Assembly: GCA_913058385.1 (NCBI GenBank)
Contig: CAJXQS010000008.1
Location: 22,202-86,201 of the forward strand
Direction: 5' to 3'
DNA from: an uncultured Flavobacteriaceae bacterium
GTDB lineage: Bacteria; Bacteroidota; Bacteroidia; Flavobacteriales; Flavobacteriaceae
DNA: 64,000 bases
Positions within the stretch are counted from its first letter, which is position 1, and each line of letters starts with the position of its first letter. Position numbers and translations under genes: made by a program. A model generated the notes under the pieces. That model saw nothing but the letters and a program-made list of their open reading frames with translations, did not search any database and was not told the origin of the DNA. This document shows positions 19,678-29,089 of the stretch, piece by piece.

Positions 19678-21123
19678 TTATCCTACGGATCCCTCTAATG
19701 AGATTTCTAATAATTTTTGTGCTTCCACAGCAAATTCCATGGGCAGCTTATTTAATACTTCTTTACTAAAACCATTTACAATCAAAGCAATTGCCTTTTC
19801 AGGATCAATTCCTCTTTGGTTGCAATAAAAAACTTGGTCTTCACCTATTTTACTCGTAGTCGCTTCGTGCTCGATTTGAGCAGAATTGTTTCTCACCTCT
19901 ATGTAAGGAAAAGTGTGTGCACCACAATCATTCCCCATTAATAGGGAATCACACTGCGAAAAATTTCGAGCATTGGTTGCGCGAGGATGCACCTGTACTA
20001 ACCCTCTATAGCTATTCTGAGATTTCCCAGCAGAAATCCCTTTAGAAATGATTGTACTTTTTGTGTTTTTACCTAAGTGAACCATTTTAGTTCCTGTGTC
20101 AGCTTGCTGATAATTATTGGTCAATGCGATAGAATAAAATTCTCCTATAGAATAATCCCCTTTGAGTATACAAGAAGGATATTTCCAAGTAACTGCTGAA
20201 CCTGTTTCAACCTGCGTCCAAGATATTTTAGAATGGGTGTGGCAAATACCTCTTTTAGTTACAAAATTGTAAACCCCTCCAACACCATCTTTTCCGCCAG
20301 GGTACCAGTTCTGAACGGTTGAATATTTTATTTCAGAATGATCCAAAGCAACGAGCTCTACCACCGCAGCATGCAACTGATTTTCGTCTCTAGAAGGAGC
20401 AGTACACCCTTCAAGATAACTTACATAACTAGATTCATCTGCGATAACCAAAGTTCTTTCAAATTGTCCGGTACCGGCCTGATTTATCCTGAAATAAGTG
20501 GACAATTCCATCGGGCAACGCACTCCTTTTGGGATATAACAGAAAGAACCGTCGGAGAATACTGCCGAATTAAGCGCTGCATAAAAATTATCTTTAACAG
20601 GAACCACACTTCCAATGTACTTTTTCACCAATTCAGGATGGTCCTGAATCGCTTCTGAAATAGAGCAAAATATAATTCCTTTTTCGCCCAACGTCTTTTT
20701 AAAAGTAGTTGCTACAGAAACCGAATCTACAACGATATCCACAGCGACTCCTGCCAATTTCTTTTGCTCGTCTAGGGAAATTCCTAACTTTTCAAAAGTG
20801 GCGAGTAGTTCGGGATCAACTTCATCAATACTTTCGTATTTATCTTTTTTTAAGGGTGCCGAATAATAGGATATTGCTTGAAAGTCAGGCTTTTTATAAT
20901 GAACGTTTGCCCAATCTGGTTCGTCCATTTTTTTCCATGCTCGGAATGCTTCCAAACGCCATTGGGTCATCCATTCTGGCTCGTTTTTTTTAGCAGATAT
21001 TCTTTCGACAATCTCCTCACTCAAACCAATCGGAAAAGTTTCGGAGTCAATGTCCGTATAGAAACCATATTCATATTCTTTGGTCTCTAATTCTTTCTTG
21101 AGTTCTTCCTCAGTATAAGCCAT
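19678..21123 (-). CDS. sufB: Fe-S cluster assembly scaffold SufB
   Basis: Start at ATG 21123 ([11 protein letters not shown]), which avoids overlap with sufA. The family is highly conserved ([14 protein letters not shown]). Confidence 0.95.
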   Translation of the reverse strand: MAYTEEELKKELETKEYEYGFYTDIDSETFPIGLSEEIVERISAKKNEPEWMTQWRLEAFRAWKKMDEPDWANVHYKKPDFQAISYYSAPLKKDKYESIDEVDPELLATFEKLGISLDEQKKLAGVAVDIVVDSVSVATTFKKTLGEKGIIFCSISEAIQDHPELVKKYIGSVVPVKDNFYAALNSAVFSDGSFCYIPKGVRCPMELSTYFRINQAGTGQFERTLVIADESSYVSYLEGCTAPSRDENQLHAAVVELVALDHSEIKYSTVQNWYPGGKDGVGGVYNFVTKRGICHTHSKISWTQVETGSAVTWKYPSCILKGDYSIGEFYSIALTNNYQQADTGTKMVHLGKNTKSTIISKGISAGKSQNSYRGLVQVHPRATNARNFSQCDSLLMGNDCGAHTFPYIEVRNNSAQIEHEATTSKIGEDQVFYCNQRGIDPEKAIALIVNGFSKEVLNKLPMEFAVEAQKLLEISLEGSVG

Positions 21124-21140
21124 CTTTTTTTGTGTTGTTT

Positions 21141-21470
21141 TTACAAAGAAAAACTTTCTCCGCACCCACAGGTTCTCTGTGCGTTAGGGTTATTAAATAC
21201 AAATCCTTTTCCGTTTAATCCTCCTGAGTATTCTAACGTAGTCCCCAACAGGTACAAAAGGCTTTTTTTGTCAACTAAAATCTTGACTTTATTGTCTTCG
21301 AAAAGACGGTCTTCTTCGGCTTTAGATTTGTCGAAAGTGAGGTCATAAGAAAGTCCTGAACATCCGCCACTCTTAACCCCAACACGAACAAAATCTTGTA
21401 CCGGGCTATAGCCTTCTTCCTCCATTAATTGAGAGACTTTTGTTCGAGCACTTTTTGAAACTTTGATCAT
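21141..21470 (-). CDS. IscA/HesB-family Fe-S carrier (SufA/ErpA-like)
   Basis: 109 aa. SGGCSG and C-terminal CGCGESF cysteine triad. Confidence 0.92.
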   Translation of the reverse strand: MIKVSKSARTKVSQLMEEEGYSPVQDFVRVGVKSGGCSGLSYDLTFDKSKAEEDRLFEDNKVKILVDKKSLLYLLGTTLEYSGGLNGKGFVFNNPNAQRTCGCGESFSL

Positions 21471-21497
21471 GAGATAATAAATTATTTATAACCATTA

Positions 21498-21505
21498 CAA
21501 ATATA
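21498..21505 (-). promoter_or_regulatory. Bacteroidota -7 promoter box (TATATTTG) for the suf operon
   Basis: The minus strand reads TATATTTG, a match to TAnnTTTG, 27 nt upstream of the sufA-like ATG. Confidence 0.5.
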
Positions 21506-21569
21506 GCCAATTTGATTATATTTATTTAGATTAATTATCAATTCTATTGATAGTGAAATTATTAAAAAC

Positions 21570-22910
21570 CTATTCCCATTTAGCAATAACAATATCTGTG
21601 TTTCCTTTGTTTTTAATGAGGGGATTGTCAAGACTGTTACTCTGACCCACGACCAAGACACTGCCGCTTTGTGTTTTTAATAAATCATTTGCATAATCAT
21701 CGCCATTCCCTCCCAATGTAAGGGATTTTATAATGGTCCCATTGGGGTGGATTTGCATCAAAAAAATATCATTTTCTCCAGCATTTAAAGAAAAATCTCC
21801 GTCAGAACTTCTTGAGTAACCCGTTAAAAACAAATATCCATCATAGCCTTCGACCAATGACTTTCCCAAATCAAATTCAGATCCACCAAAGTTTAAAGAC
21901 CGAATCAAATTTCCCGAGCTATCAATGGTAAGTTGTAAAACATCAGATTCTCCTCTGGGGTTTTTAATGTCTTGATCCTGACTAAAACTATTTCCGATAA
22001 TTTTAAAATTACCTTCAAAATCTTCAATAACTCCCGAAGCCTCATCAATTAAATCTCCGCCAAAAGATTTTTCCCACAGCATTTCTCCTTCTTCATTGAT
22101 CATCACTGCCCAGACATCATAACTTCCTTTGTTGTTAGAAATGTCAACATCATTGCTTTCTGAAACTCCAACCATCAAAAAATTCCCCTCAGTCGTCTGA
22201 AGTGCATCGTAGGATCTGTCATTGTTGGTTCCTCCAAAGTAGCGCCGCCATTCGAGGTTGCCGTTGGCATCGAGCTTGTGGCACCAAAACTCTCCAACGC
22301 CATGCCTGTTTCTACTGGCACTTCTTCCATCGTTCCCTTCACCACCAGAAGCGGTAACATCTAAAAAACCATTGAAAAAATAACCCCCATCAGTAGTTGA
22401 AATCACATTATATGCATGGTCGTGGCCTTCAAACCCATAAGTGTTTTGCCATTCTATATTTCCTGATTTATCTACTTTCAAAATCCAATTGTCATGAAAT
22501 CCTTTGGTGGGGTTGACGTCTCCGTCTTGACTGCTACTGTAACCCAACAATACAAAACCGCCCTCAGGAGTTTGCAGGAGTGAATTCCCGAGATCGTCTC
22601 CCGAGCCTCCGTAGGTTTTTTTCCACAAAAGCGAACCGTCATCTTTCAATTTCATCAAAAACAAATCACGATCAGCGCTCGTTTTTTCAGAGAAATCTCC
22701 ATCTGTACTGTTAGAGTTTCCAATGACTGCAAAACCTCCTTCGGATAGACCGATAATGGATTTTGCTATGTCTTCATTACTGCCTCCATAGACTTTGATC
22801 CATGCCAATTCTCCCTTAAAGGGTTCTGGAACTTTCCAATTGGAAATAAGATCGTTGTCACAATTCATTAGAAGAAATATTAGACCAAATGCAATAACTT
22901 TTCTAAACAC
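21570..22910 (-). CDS. Seven-repeat beta-propeller lipoprotein (SBBP-like repeats)
   Basis: 446 aa. Lipoprotein signal LLMNCDN. Seven tandem units of about 55-60 aa, each beginning xxYGG(S/T)xxD and ending GxxxW. GTG start overlaps the upstream TAG stop by 1 nt (TAGTG). Confidence 0.7.
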   Translation of the reverse strand: MFRKVIAFGLIFLLMNCDNDLISNWKVPEPFKGELAWIKVYGGSNEDIAKSIIGLSEGGFAVIGNSNSTDGDFSEKTSADRDLFLMKLKDDGSLLWKKTYGGSGDDLGNSLLQTPEGGFVLLGYSSSQDGDVNPTKGFHDNWILKVDKSGNIEWQNTYGFEGHDHAYNVISTTDGGYFFNGFLDVTASGGEGNDGRSASRNRHGVGEFWCHKLDANGNLEWRRYFGGTNNDRSYDALQTTEGNFLMVGVSESNDVDISNNKGSYDVWAVMINEEGEMLWEKSFGGDLIDEASGVIEDFEGNFKIIGNSFSQDQDIKNPRGESDVLQLTIDSSGNLIRSLNFGGSEFDLGKSLVEGYDGYLFLTGYSRSSDGDFSLNAGENDIFLMQIHPNGTIIKSLTLGGNGDDYANDLLKTQSGSVLVVGQSNSLDNPLIKNKGNTDIVIAKWE

Positions 22911-24181
22911 TATTCTGACTTTTTAACTAAAAATAAACCCTTATTTAAATCACTTATTAAGATCACCCCGCTTTCAAAAAACGGGTAGACATTCCAAACT
23001 CCAGCAAAAATACCTGAATTATCTTTTGGATAAGTATCAAAAAACCCCACCTCTGACATTTGTTTGTTTTCAATGTTTTTGACGTCAATGACTCTTATTC
23101 CTGCGGTATAATTTGCCAAATAAAGTAAATCATTGATGACATACCCATTGTGGTCAATGGCATTGGTTGCGCCCATATAGCTAAAGTGTAAAACAGGATT
23201 ATCCAAGTCCTCCAAGTCGAAAATAAGGGAACGGGTTCTTCCTCCAAAAGTATACTCATCTCCTTCATCACCCAGGATCAAAAAACGTTGGTCTTCTGTA
23301 AACCAACCTTGGTGGGTATAGACAAGGTTTGGATAAACGGCAGAAGCAATAAATATTGGATTTTTTTTATCTGTTACATCAAGAATGACAATATTGGATT
23401 CATTTGATCCAATGTAAATTTCCTTTCCTAAATAATCAGTATCAGGGCCTTTGTAGTTTACTACTTGGGCGTCATGCGTATAGCCCTGTTCTCCATAACC
23501 CCCAACAACAACTGGATTTAGTGGGTCCGCTAAGTCTAAAAAATAAACGCCACCTTCGTATTCATTTTCACGATTAGTTCCGACCACATAACCAAAGCCG
23601 CTTTCTTCATTTATAAAAATATTGTGCGCCGTATTGACGGTATTTAAAACACCATCTGAAGTAAAGTTTTGCTCAGATTCTAGTCCACGAAGTTTTGTTA
23701 AATCAAAAATTTGAACGCCATGTTCTTTGGCTTCACTGACGATATAAGCATGGTTCTTGTAGACCTTTATGTCTCGCCATGAACTAGACGCTGTCGCCGT
23801 GGGAAGTTTCCCCAAATATACTGGATTTATTGGGTCGGATATGTCTACAAAACCAGTACCGTCATCTAGCCCAATGATGGCATATTCTTTGGCTGTATCA
23901 GAATCCGTCCAACCCCAACTGTCATTGGCTTCAGCACTTTTAAATCTAGAGAGCGGGATCCGCGCCAATAAATCGTATCCAAGACAAGGATACCCCCCTG
24001 CAAAACCATTAATGCAAAGGGCTTTTGTTGTTGTTTCTGTATCTGTGAAATCGATAGGCGTTTTAGTCACATCAACCACTGGTTCTTTTAGATCAATAAA
24101 ACCGCCTGAAGTCTCCTCAGGTTCGCAAGAACACAAAGCAAAGAAAAAGAGAAATCCAAGACAAATAATTGTAAGTTTCAT
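22910..24181 (-). CDS. LVIVD-repeat / choice-of-anchor-B-like beta-propeller lipoprotein
   Basis: 423 aa. Lipoprotein signal FALCSCE. Recalled resemblance to choice-of-anchor B / LVIVD-repeat proteins (SWGWTD, AHNIFINEE, THQGWFTED, IDHNGYV). Confidence 0.6.
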   Translation of the reverse strand: MKLTIICLGFLFFFALCSCEPEETSGGFIDLKEPVVDVTKTPIDFTDTETTTKALCINGFAGGYPCLGYDLLARIPLSRFKSAEANDSWGWTDSDTAKEYAIIGLDDGTGFVDISDPINPVYLGKLPTATASSSWRDIKVYKNHAYIVSEAKEHGVQIFDLTKLRGLESEQNFTSDGVLNTVNTAHNIFINEESGFGYVVGTNRENEYEGGVYFLDLADPLNPVVVGGYGEQGYTHDAQVVNYKGPDTDYLGKEIYIGSNESNIVILDVTDKKNPIFIASAVYPNLVYTHQGWFTEDQRFLILGDEGDEYTFGGRTRSLIFDLEDLDNPVLHFSYMGATNAIDHNGYVINDLLYLANYTAGIRVIDVKNIENKQMSEVGFFDTYPKDNSGIFAGVWNVYPFFESGVILISDLNKGLFLVKKSE

Positions 24182-24277
24182 TTGGGATATATTTATATAA
24201 AGGTATTCTTTTCATTTTATTTTACACAAAATTTAAAGCTTGATGCGAATCTGATTAAATCCTCTTATTTTTGCAAT

Positions 24278-25327
24278 ATGTTTGAAAACAAAAACCAAAG
24301 TCGTACGCCCTTATCTCAAATGGGAGAATTTCAATTAATTGAGCACCTAACAAAAACATTTTCTTTATTGCACAAAACCAGCATAAAGGGAGTGGGCGAT
24401 GATGCTGCCGTTTTGAAACTAAATAAAAATCAAACAGTAGTAACAACAGATTTGCTGGTTGAAGGGATTCATTTTGATTTGAGTTATATGCCTTTAAAAC
24501 ATCTAGGATATAAGGCGGTTATGGTCAACCTTTCGGATGTTTATGCAATGAACGCAGAAGCCACTCAAATTACTGTTTCCATTGCAGTTTCTAATCGCTT
24601 TACGCTAGAAGCTGTTGAGGAATTGTATGCCGGAATCGCTTTGGCTTGTAAAAATTATAAAATTGATTTGGTGGGCGGAGATACTTCGAGCAGTACCACT
24701 GGACTGATTATTTCAGTTACTGCTTTGGGACAAGTCGCTAAAGAAAAAACAACCTACCGATCTGGTGCTCAGCCGAATGACATATTGGTGGTAAGCGGTG
24801 ATCTTGGGGGAGCTTATCTAGGACTTCAAGTCTTAGAGCGTGAAAAAGCTGTTTTTCAGGTCAATCCAAATGCACAACCCGATTTATCTAATTATGCTTA
24901 TTGTGTTGAGCGACAATTAAAGCCAGAAGCTAGAAAAGATATTGTTGAACTTCTAAAAGATTTGGAAATTGTTCCCAATGCAATGATCGACATCAGCGAT
25001 GGCCTTTCCTCTGAAATACATCACCTGTGTAAGTCATCTAATTTGGGATGTCAAGTTTTTGAAGAAAAACTACCCATCGACCCTCAGGCACTTTCAACTG
25101 CCGAAGAGTTCAAGATGAACAGCACTACGGCGGTATTAAACGGTGGAGAAGACTACGAACTTTTAATGGCAATCAAACAGTCTGATTTTGATAAAATAAA
25201 AAACCATCCTCTATTAACGCCCATTGGTCACTTTACTGAAAAGAACGACTCATGTAATTTAATTACAGGCTTAGGGCAATCCATCAAAATGGAGGCACAA
25301 GGTTGGAAGAATTTTGATAAAGAGTAG
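24278..25327 (+). CDS. thiL: Thiamine-monophosphate kinase
   Basis: Start placed at ATG 24278 (MFENKNQ...GEFQLIEHL). AIR-synthase-like motifs GVGDDAAV and LVGGDTS. Confidence 0.9.
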   Translation: MFENKNQSRTPLSQMGEFQLIEHLTKTFSLLHKTSIKGVGDDAAVLKLNKNQTVVTTDLLVEGIHFDLSYMPLKHLGYKAVMVNLSDVYAMNAEATQITVSIAVSNRFTLEAVEELYAGIALACKNYKIDLVGGDTSSSTTGLIISVTALGQVAKEKTTYRSGAQPNDILVVSGDLGGAYLGLQVLEREKAVFQVNPNAQPDLSNYAYCVERQLKPEARKDIVELLKDLEIVPNAMIDISDGLSSEIHHLCKSSNLGCQVFEEKLPIDPQALSTAEEFKMNSTTAVLNGGEDYELLMAIKQSDFDKIKNHPLLTPIGHFTEKNDSCNLITGLGQSIKMEAQGWKNFDKE

Positions 25328-25332
25328 TTTAT

Positions 25333-26151
25333 CTAGCCCCCTAGACCGACATCTAAGCACATCATAACAATAAATCCTCCAATAAATCCAAGGGTTGCTA
25401 TGTCTGTATATTTATCCTGTTGGGTTTCAGGAATCACTTCTTCTACAACAACAAAGATCATTGCGCCCGCGGCAAAAGCGAGGGCATAAGGCAATATTGG
25501 TGTGAAAAATGTTACTGCTACTGCACCCAAAACTCCAGCGATGGGTTCAACGACTGCGGACATTTGTCCGTACCAAAAACTTTTTCTGCGACTTAGGCCT
25601 TGTCTTCTTAAGGGCATCGAAACTGCCATTCCTTCTGGAAAGTTTTGAATTCCAATACCAAGCGCTAAAACGACTGCTCCGGCAATAGAAGCTTCTGGAA
25701 TTCCGGTGGCAACTCCTCCAAATAATACCCCAACAGCCAAGCCTTCAGGAATGTTGTGTAATGTGATGGCCAAAACCAAAAGTGTTGTCCGGTGCCAAGG
25801 GGTTTTAATCCCTTCTGTTTCTTTAAAGTTTATATGAATGTGTGGCAAAACTTTATCTAATGCAAAAATAAATAACGCACCTAAAGCAAATCCTATGGCA
25901 GCGGGCATTACTTTTACAAACCCCTCCCCTTCACTCATTTCTATTCCCGGGGCAAGCAAGCTCCAAAAACTGGCGGCAACCATCACCCCTCCGGTGAAAC
26001 CCAACATTCCGTCCAAAAAGCCTCTGTGCAAAGTTTTAAAGAAGAAAACAAATGAGGCACCCAAAGCAGTTAAAAACCAAGTGAAAATCGTAGCATAAAG
26101 AGCTCCCCTTATTGGGCTTATACTTCCGAAGTATTCAATAATTTCATCCAT
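25333..26151 (-). CDS. ZIP-family divalent metal transporter (ZupT/GufA-like)
   Basis: 272 aa, polytopic. Motifs HNIPEGLAVG and QNFPEGMAVS. Confidence 0.88.
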   Translation of the reverse strand: MDEIIEYFGSISPIRGALYATIFTWFLTALGASFVFFFKTLHRGFLDGMLGFTGGVMVAASFWSLLAPGIEMSEGEGFVKVMPAAIGFALGALFIFALDKVLPHIHINFKETEGIKTPWHRTTLLVLAITLHNIPEGLAVGVLFGGVATGIPEASIAGAVVLALGIGIQNFPEGMAVSMPLRRQGLSRRKSFWYGQMSAVVEPIAGVLGAVAVTFFTPILPYALAFAAGAMIFVVVEEVIPETQQDKYTDIATLGFIGGFIVMMCLDVGLGG

Positions 26152-26240
26152 AAATCAATAACTAATAATAATTGGCAAATATATAAATTTTAAACATTTT
26201 AATCTGCTCTAACTTGGATTCATTACTTTTGGATTGTCTG

Positions 26241-27380
26241 ATGAAAAATAAGAAATACGACTATATTATTTGTGGAGGAGGCGCATCCGGGTTATTACTT
26301 GTTTCCCGTATCTGTATGGATCCTTATTTTAAAAACAAGTCTATCCTATTAATAGAGAGGGAATCAAAAACAACGAACGACAGAACTTGGTGTTTTTGGG
26401 AGGACAATGAGGGCGATCTTGAGGAAATAATTCACAAAAAATGGAACCACGCACATTTTGCTGCCGAAGGTTTTGAAATGGATTTTCCGCTAAAACCCTT
26501 TCAATATAAAATGATCAGAAGTCTTGATTTTTATCATTTAATTAAAGAGAAGCTCAAGTCTTGTGCGCAACTCGAACAGACTCAAGAAAACATTGTTGAG
26601 ATTGATCACCAAGTCAACAGCGTAAAAACAGCTAAAAATCAATATGAAGCGGATCTGATTTTTTCTAGCATTTATGATCCAAGTTTACTTTACAATCAGT
26701 CAAAGTATCCAGTGCTTCAACAACATTTCGTTGGACAAGTCATCGAAACAAATGCGCCTTGTTTTGATCCTGATAAAATAGAGTTTATGAATTTTGATAT
26801 TCCCCAGAAAGGGAATACTCGCTTTATGTATTTACTCCCTTTTTCTCCAACCAAAGCTTTGGTCGAATACACCCTTTTCTCAAAAGATCTTTTGGAGAAG
26901 GAGGAATATATTGCTGAAATCGAAACATTTCTTAGTGAAATACCCACCCAAGGATATAAAATCCTTGAACAAGAAGAAGGACAAATTCCTATGACATGTT
27001 ATCGATTTGACCTCAACAATACAGAACGTTTACTTCACATTGGCACTGCAGGCGGATGGACTAAACCAAGCACGGGCTTTACGTTTCAAAGGATCAATGA
27101 AAAGACCAAAGAATTGATTCAACATTTAAAACAAAACAAACCGCTAGATCAGTTTGGAAAAAGAAATCGGTTTTGGTTTTACGATTTACTTTTTCTTGAT
27201 GTACTTGCAAACAACAATGCCGAAGGTGCTGATCTTTTTAAGCGAATGTTTAAAAACAACACCACACAAACCATCTTCAAATTCTTGGATGAAAAAAGCA
27301 ACCATTGGGAGGAATTAAAAATTATGCGCTCCTTTAAAGTAATCCAATTTATAAAAGCCTTAGCGAAACGTTTATTTTAA
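26241..27380 (+). CDS. crtY: Lycopene cyclase-family flavoprotein
   Basis: Start at ATG 26241 (MKNKKYDYIICGGGASG, an FAD/NAD dinucleotide fold). The length and C-terminal region are typical of CrtY/CrtL. Confidence 0.75.
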   Translation: MKNKKYDYIICGGGASGLLLVSRICMDPYFKNKSILLIERESKTTNDRTWCFWEDNEGDLEEIIHKKWNHAHFAAEGFEMDFPLKPFQYKMIRSLDFYHLIKEKLKSCAQLEQTQENIVEIDHQVNSVKTAKNQYEADLIFSSIYDPSLLYNQSKYPVLQQHFVGQVIETNAPCFDPDKIEFMNFDIPQKGNTRFMYLLPFSPTKALVEYTLFSKDLLEKEEYIAEIETFLSEIPTQGYKILEQEEGQIPMTCYRFDLNNTERLLHIGTAGGWTKPSTGFTFQRINEKTKELIQHLKQNKPLDQFGKRNRFWFYDLLFLDVLANNNAEGADLFKRMFKNNTTQTIFKFLDEKSNHWEELKIMRSFKVIQFIKALAKRLF

Positions 27381-28354
27381 TGATCTCGGCTCATCAACCA
27401 TTGCTTGACTGCTACAAACTTTTGTTTTTGTTCCTCAGAAATGGAGATCGCCCCTAGTTTTTCGTCTGCCTTTTTTGTGTAATGGGAAATCAAGTCTCGA
27501 GTTGCGCTTCTCGCTTCTGTAATTTCAAAGAGTGCTTTAACTTCTGTGATTTTTTGGTTTGCCGCTATTTTATCTTCACTGTTGAGGAGTTCGTTAAGAC
27601 GGTCTTGCTGTAATTTATTCCCGTTTTTTAAAGCAAGGTGGTATAAAATGGTTTTTTTGTTTTCCAAAATGTCACCTCCTACTTGCTTACCAAAAGTTTC
27701 GGGGTTTCCAAAAGCATCTAAATAGTCGTCTTGTAATTGAAAAGCCAATCCCAACTGAATCCCAAAATCATAGAAAAGCTGACAATCTAACTCAGAAGCT
27801 TGGGCTACAGCAGCTCCCATTTTCAGTGCACAACCGACCAATACGGCTGTTTTCAATCTGATCATTTCAATATAATCTTCTTGACTTACATTATTTAAAG
27901 TTTCAAAATCAATGTCATATTGTTGTCCTTCGCAAACTTCAAGCGCAGTCCTACTGAGCAATTGATTGAGCTTTACAAACATCTGAGCTGGATAATTTTC
28001 AAGTAACTGATAGGCCCTAATCAACATTGCATCACCAGAAAGTAGGGCCGTATTGATGTCCCATTTTTCATGAACAGTGGTCTTTCCTCTGCGCAAGGGT
28101 GCGTCGTCCATAATGTCATCATGCATCAGGGTAAAATTGTGAAAAACTTCAACGGAAAGCGCAGCAGGCAATGCTTCTTTAGGGTTTGCACCAAAACTTT
28201 CAGCCGCCATTAGGGTTAAAAAAGGACGGATTCTTTTGCCTCCTAACTCTAGGATATAATCAATGGGGAGGTAAAGATTTTGTGGTGATTTTGTGATTTT
28301 AAAATCTTCAAGAAAGGGATTCAAAAGTTGGTTATACTGCTTGAAAATTTCCAT
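27377..28354 (-). CDS. Polyprenyl diphosphate synthase (trans-IPPS family)
   Basis: 325 aa. First and second Asp-rich motifs LMHDDIMDD and FQLQDDYLD. Confidence 0.9.
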   Translation of the reverse strand: MEIFKQYNQLLNPFLEDFKITKSPQNLYLPIDYILELGGKRIRPFLTLMAAESFGANPKEALPAALSVEVFHNFTLMHDDIMDDAPLRRGKTTVHEKWDINTALLSGDAMLIRAYQLLENYPAQMFVKLNQLLSRTALEVCEGQQYDIDFETLNNVSQEDYIEMIRLKTAVLVGCALKMGAAVAQASELDCQLFYDFGIQLGLAFQLQDDYLDAFGNPETFGKQVGGDILENKKTILYHLALKNGNKLQQDRLNELLNSEDKIAANQKITEVKALFEITEARSATRDLISHYTKKADEKLGAISISEEQKQKFVAVKQWLMSRDH

Positions 28355-28477
28355 CTAAAAATAAGTTTTTTGTAAAAATACAGTACCAACAGTAAACCTA
28401 AGAAAAAAAACGGAAAAACTTTGGAAACTTTTTAGGTATTAAAAGTTTTCTTGATTAATTTTGCAGAAATATTTTTG

Positions 28478-29089
28478 GTGAAAAAAGAAATCATAAATCA
28501 ATCTGCCCTGATGTTTCTTGAGTATGGGACAAAGAGTGTCACAATGGATGACATCGCGGAGCGAATGCACATTTCTAAAAAAACAATTTATTCTCATTTT
28601 GAAGACAAGCCTTCGCTCGTCAGGGCTGCTGTTTTTCAAATCTTTGATCAAGTCAAATCTCAAATACTTAAAATTCAAGATGAATCTGAAAACTCCATCA
28701 TTGCGATTTATGAGATTAAAAAAATTGCAGTTCAGATATTAGCAAAAAAAGACAGTTCTGTACAATATCAACTTCAAAAATATTATCCAAAAATTCATGA
28801 TGAATTAAGGGAAATGGAATTAGACACCTTAGGAGCAAGTTTTGAAAAAAGCATAAATAAAGGAATAGAGAAAGGACTTTTTAGAGCTTCTATAGATCCT
28901 CAATTTATAACTCGTATTTACTTTAACGGATTTGCTGGCATTCGAAACATAAAGTTGTTTTCTCCTAAAGACTATAAAATTGATCAATTAATAGATCAAT
29001 ACATCGACTATCATCTGAGGGCAATCGTAACTTCCAAAGGTTTGTCGTTTTTAAAAAGTTATAACTCAAATAAAAATCATGAAAATTAA
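28478..29089 (+). CDS. TetR/AcrR-family transcriptional regulator
   Basis: HTH region GTKSVTMDDIAERMHISKKTIYSHF. Start uncertain: GTG at 28478 is preferred over TTG at 28451. A -7 box TAATTTTG lies at 28456-28463. Confidence 0.85.
   Translation: MKKEIINQSALMFLEYGTKSVTMDDIAERMHISKKTIYSHFEDKPSLVRAAVFQIFDQVKSQILKIQDESENSIIAIYEIKKIAVQILAKKDSSVQYQLQKYYPKIHDELREMELDTLGASFEKSINKGIEKGLFRASIDPQFITRIYFNGFAGIRNIKLFSPKDYKIDQLIDQYIDYHLRAIVTSKGLSFLKSYNSNKNHEN

Noticed and set aside
23769-24200. 143-aa plus-strand ORF opposite the LVIVD-like propeller gene.
   Set aside because: It lies entirely inside a well-supported minus-strand CDS. Its composition is Ser/Pro-rich with low complexity and no motifs.
26241-28354. 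Possible carotenoid biosynthesis cluster (crtY next to a polyprenyl synthase).
   Set aside because: The two genes are convergent and no crtB, crtI or crtZ is present in the window. The polyprenyl synthase may serve quinone or general isoprenoid synthesis. This is not a cluster on the available evidence.
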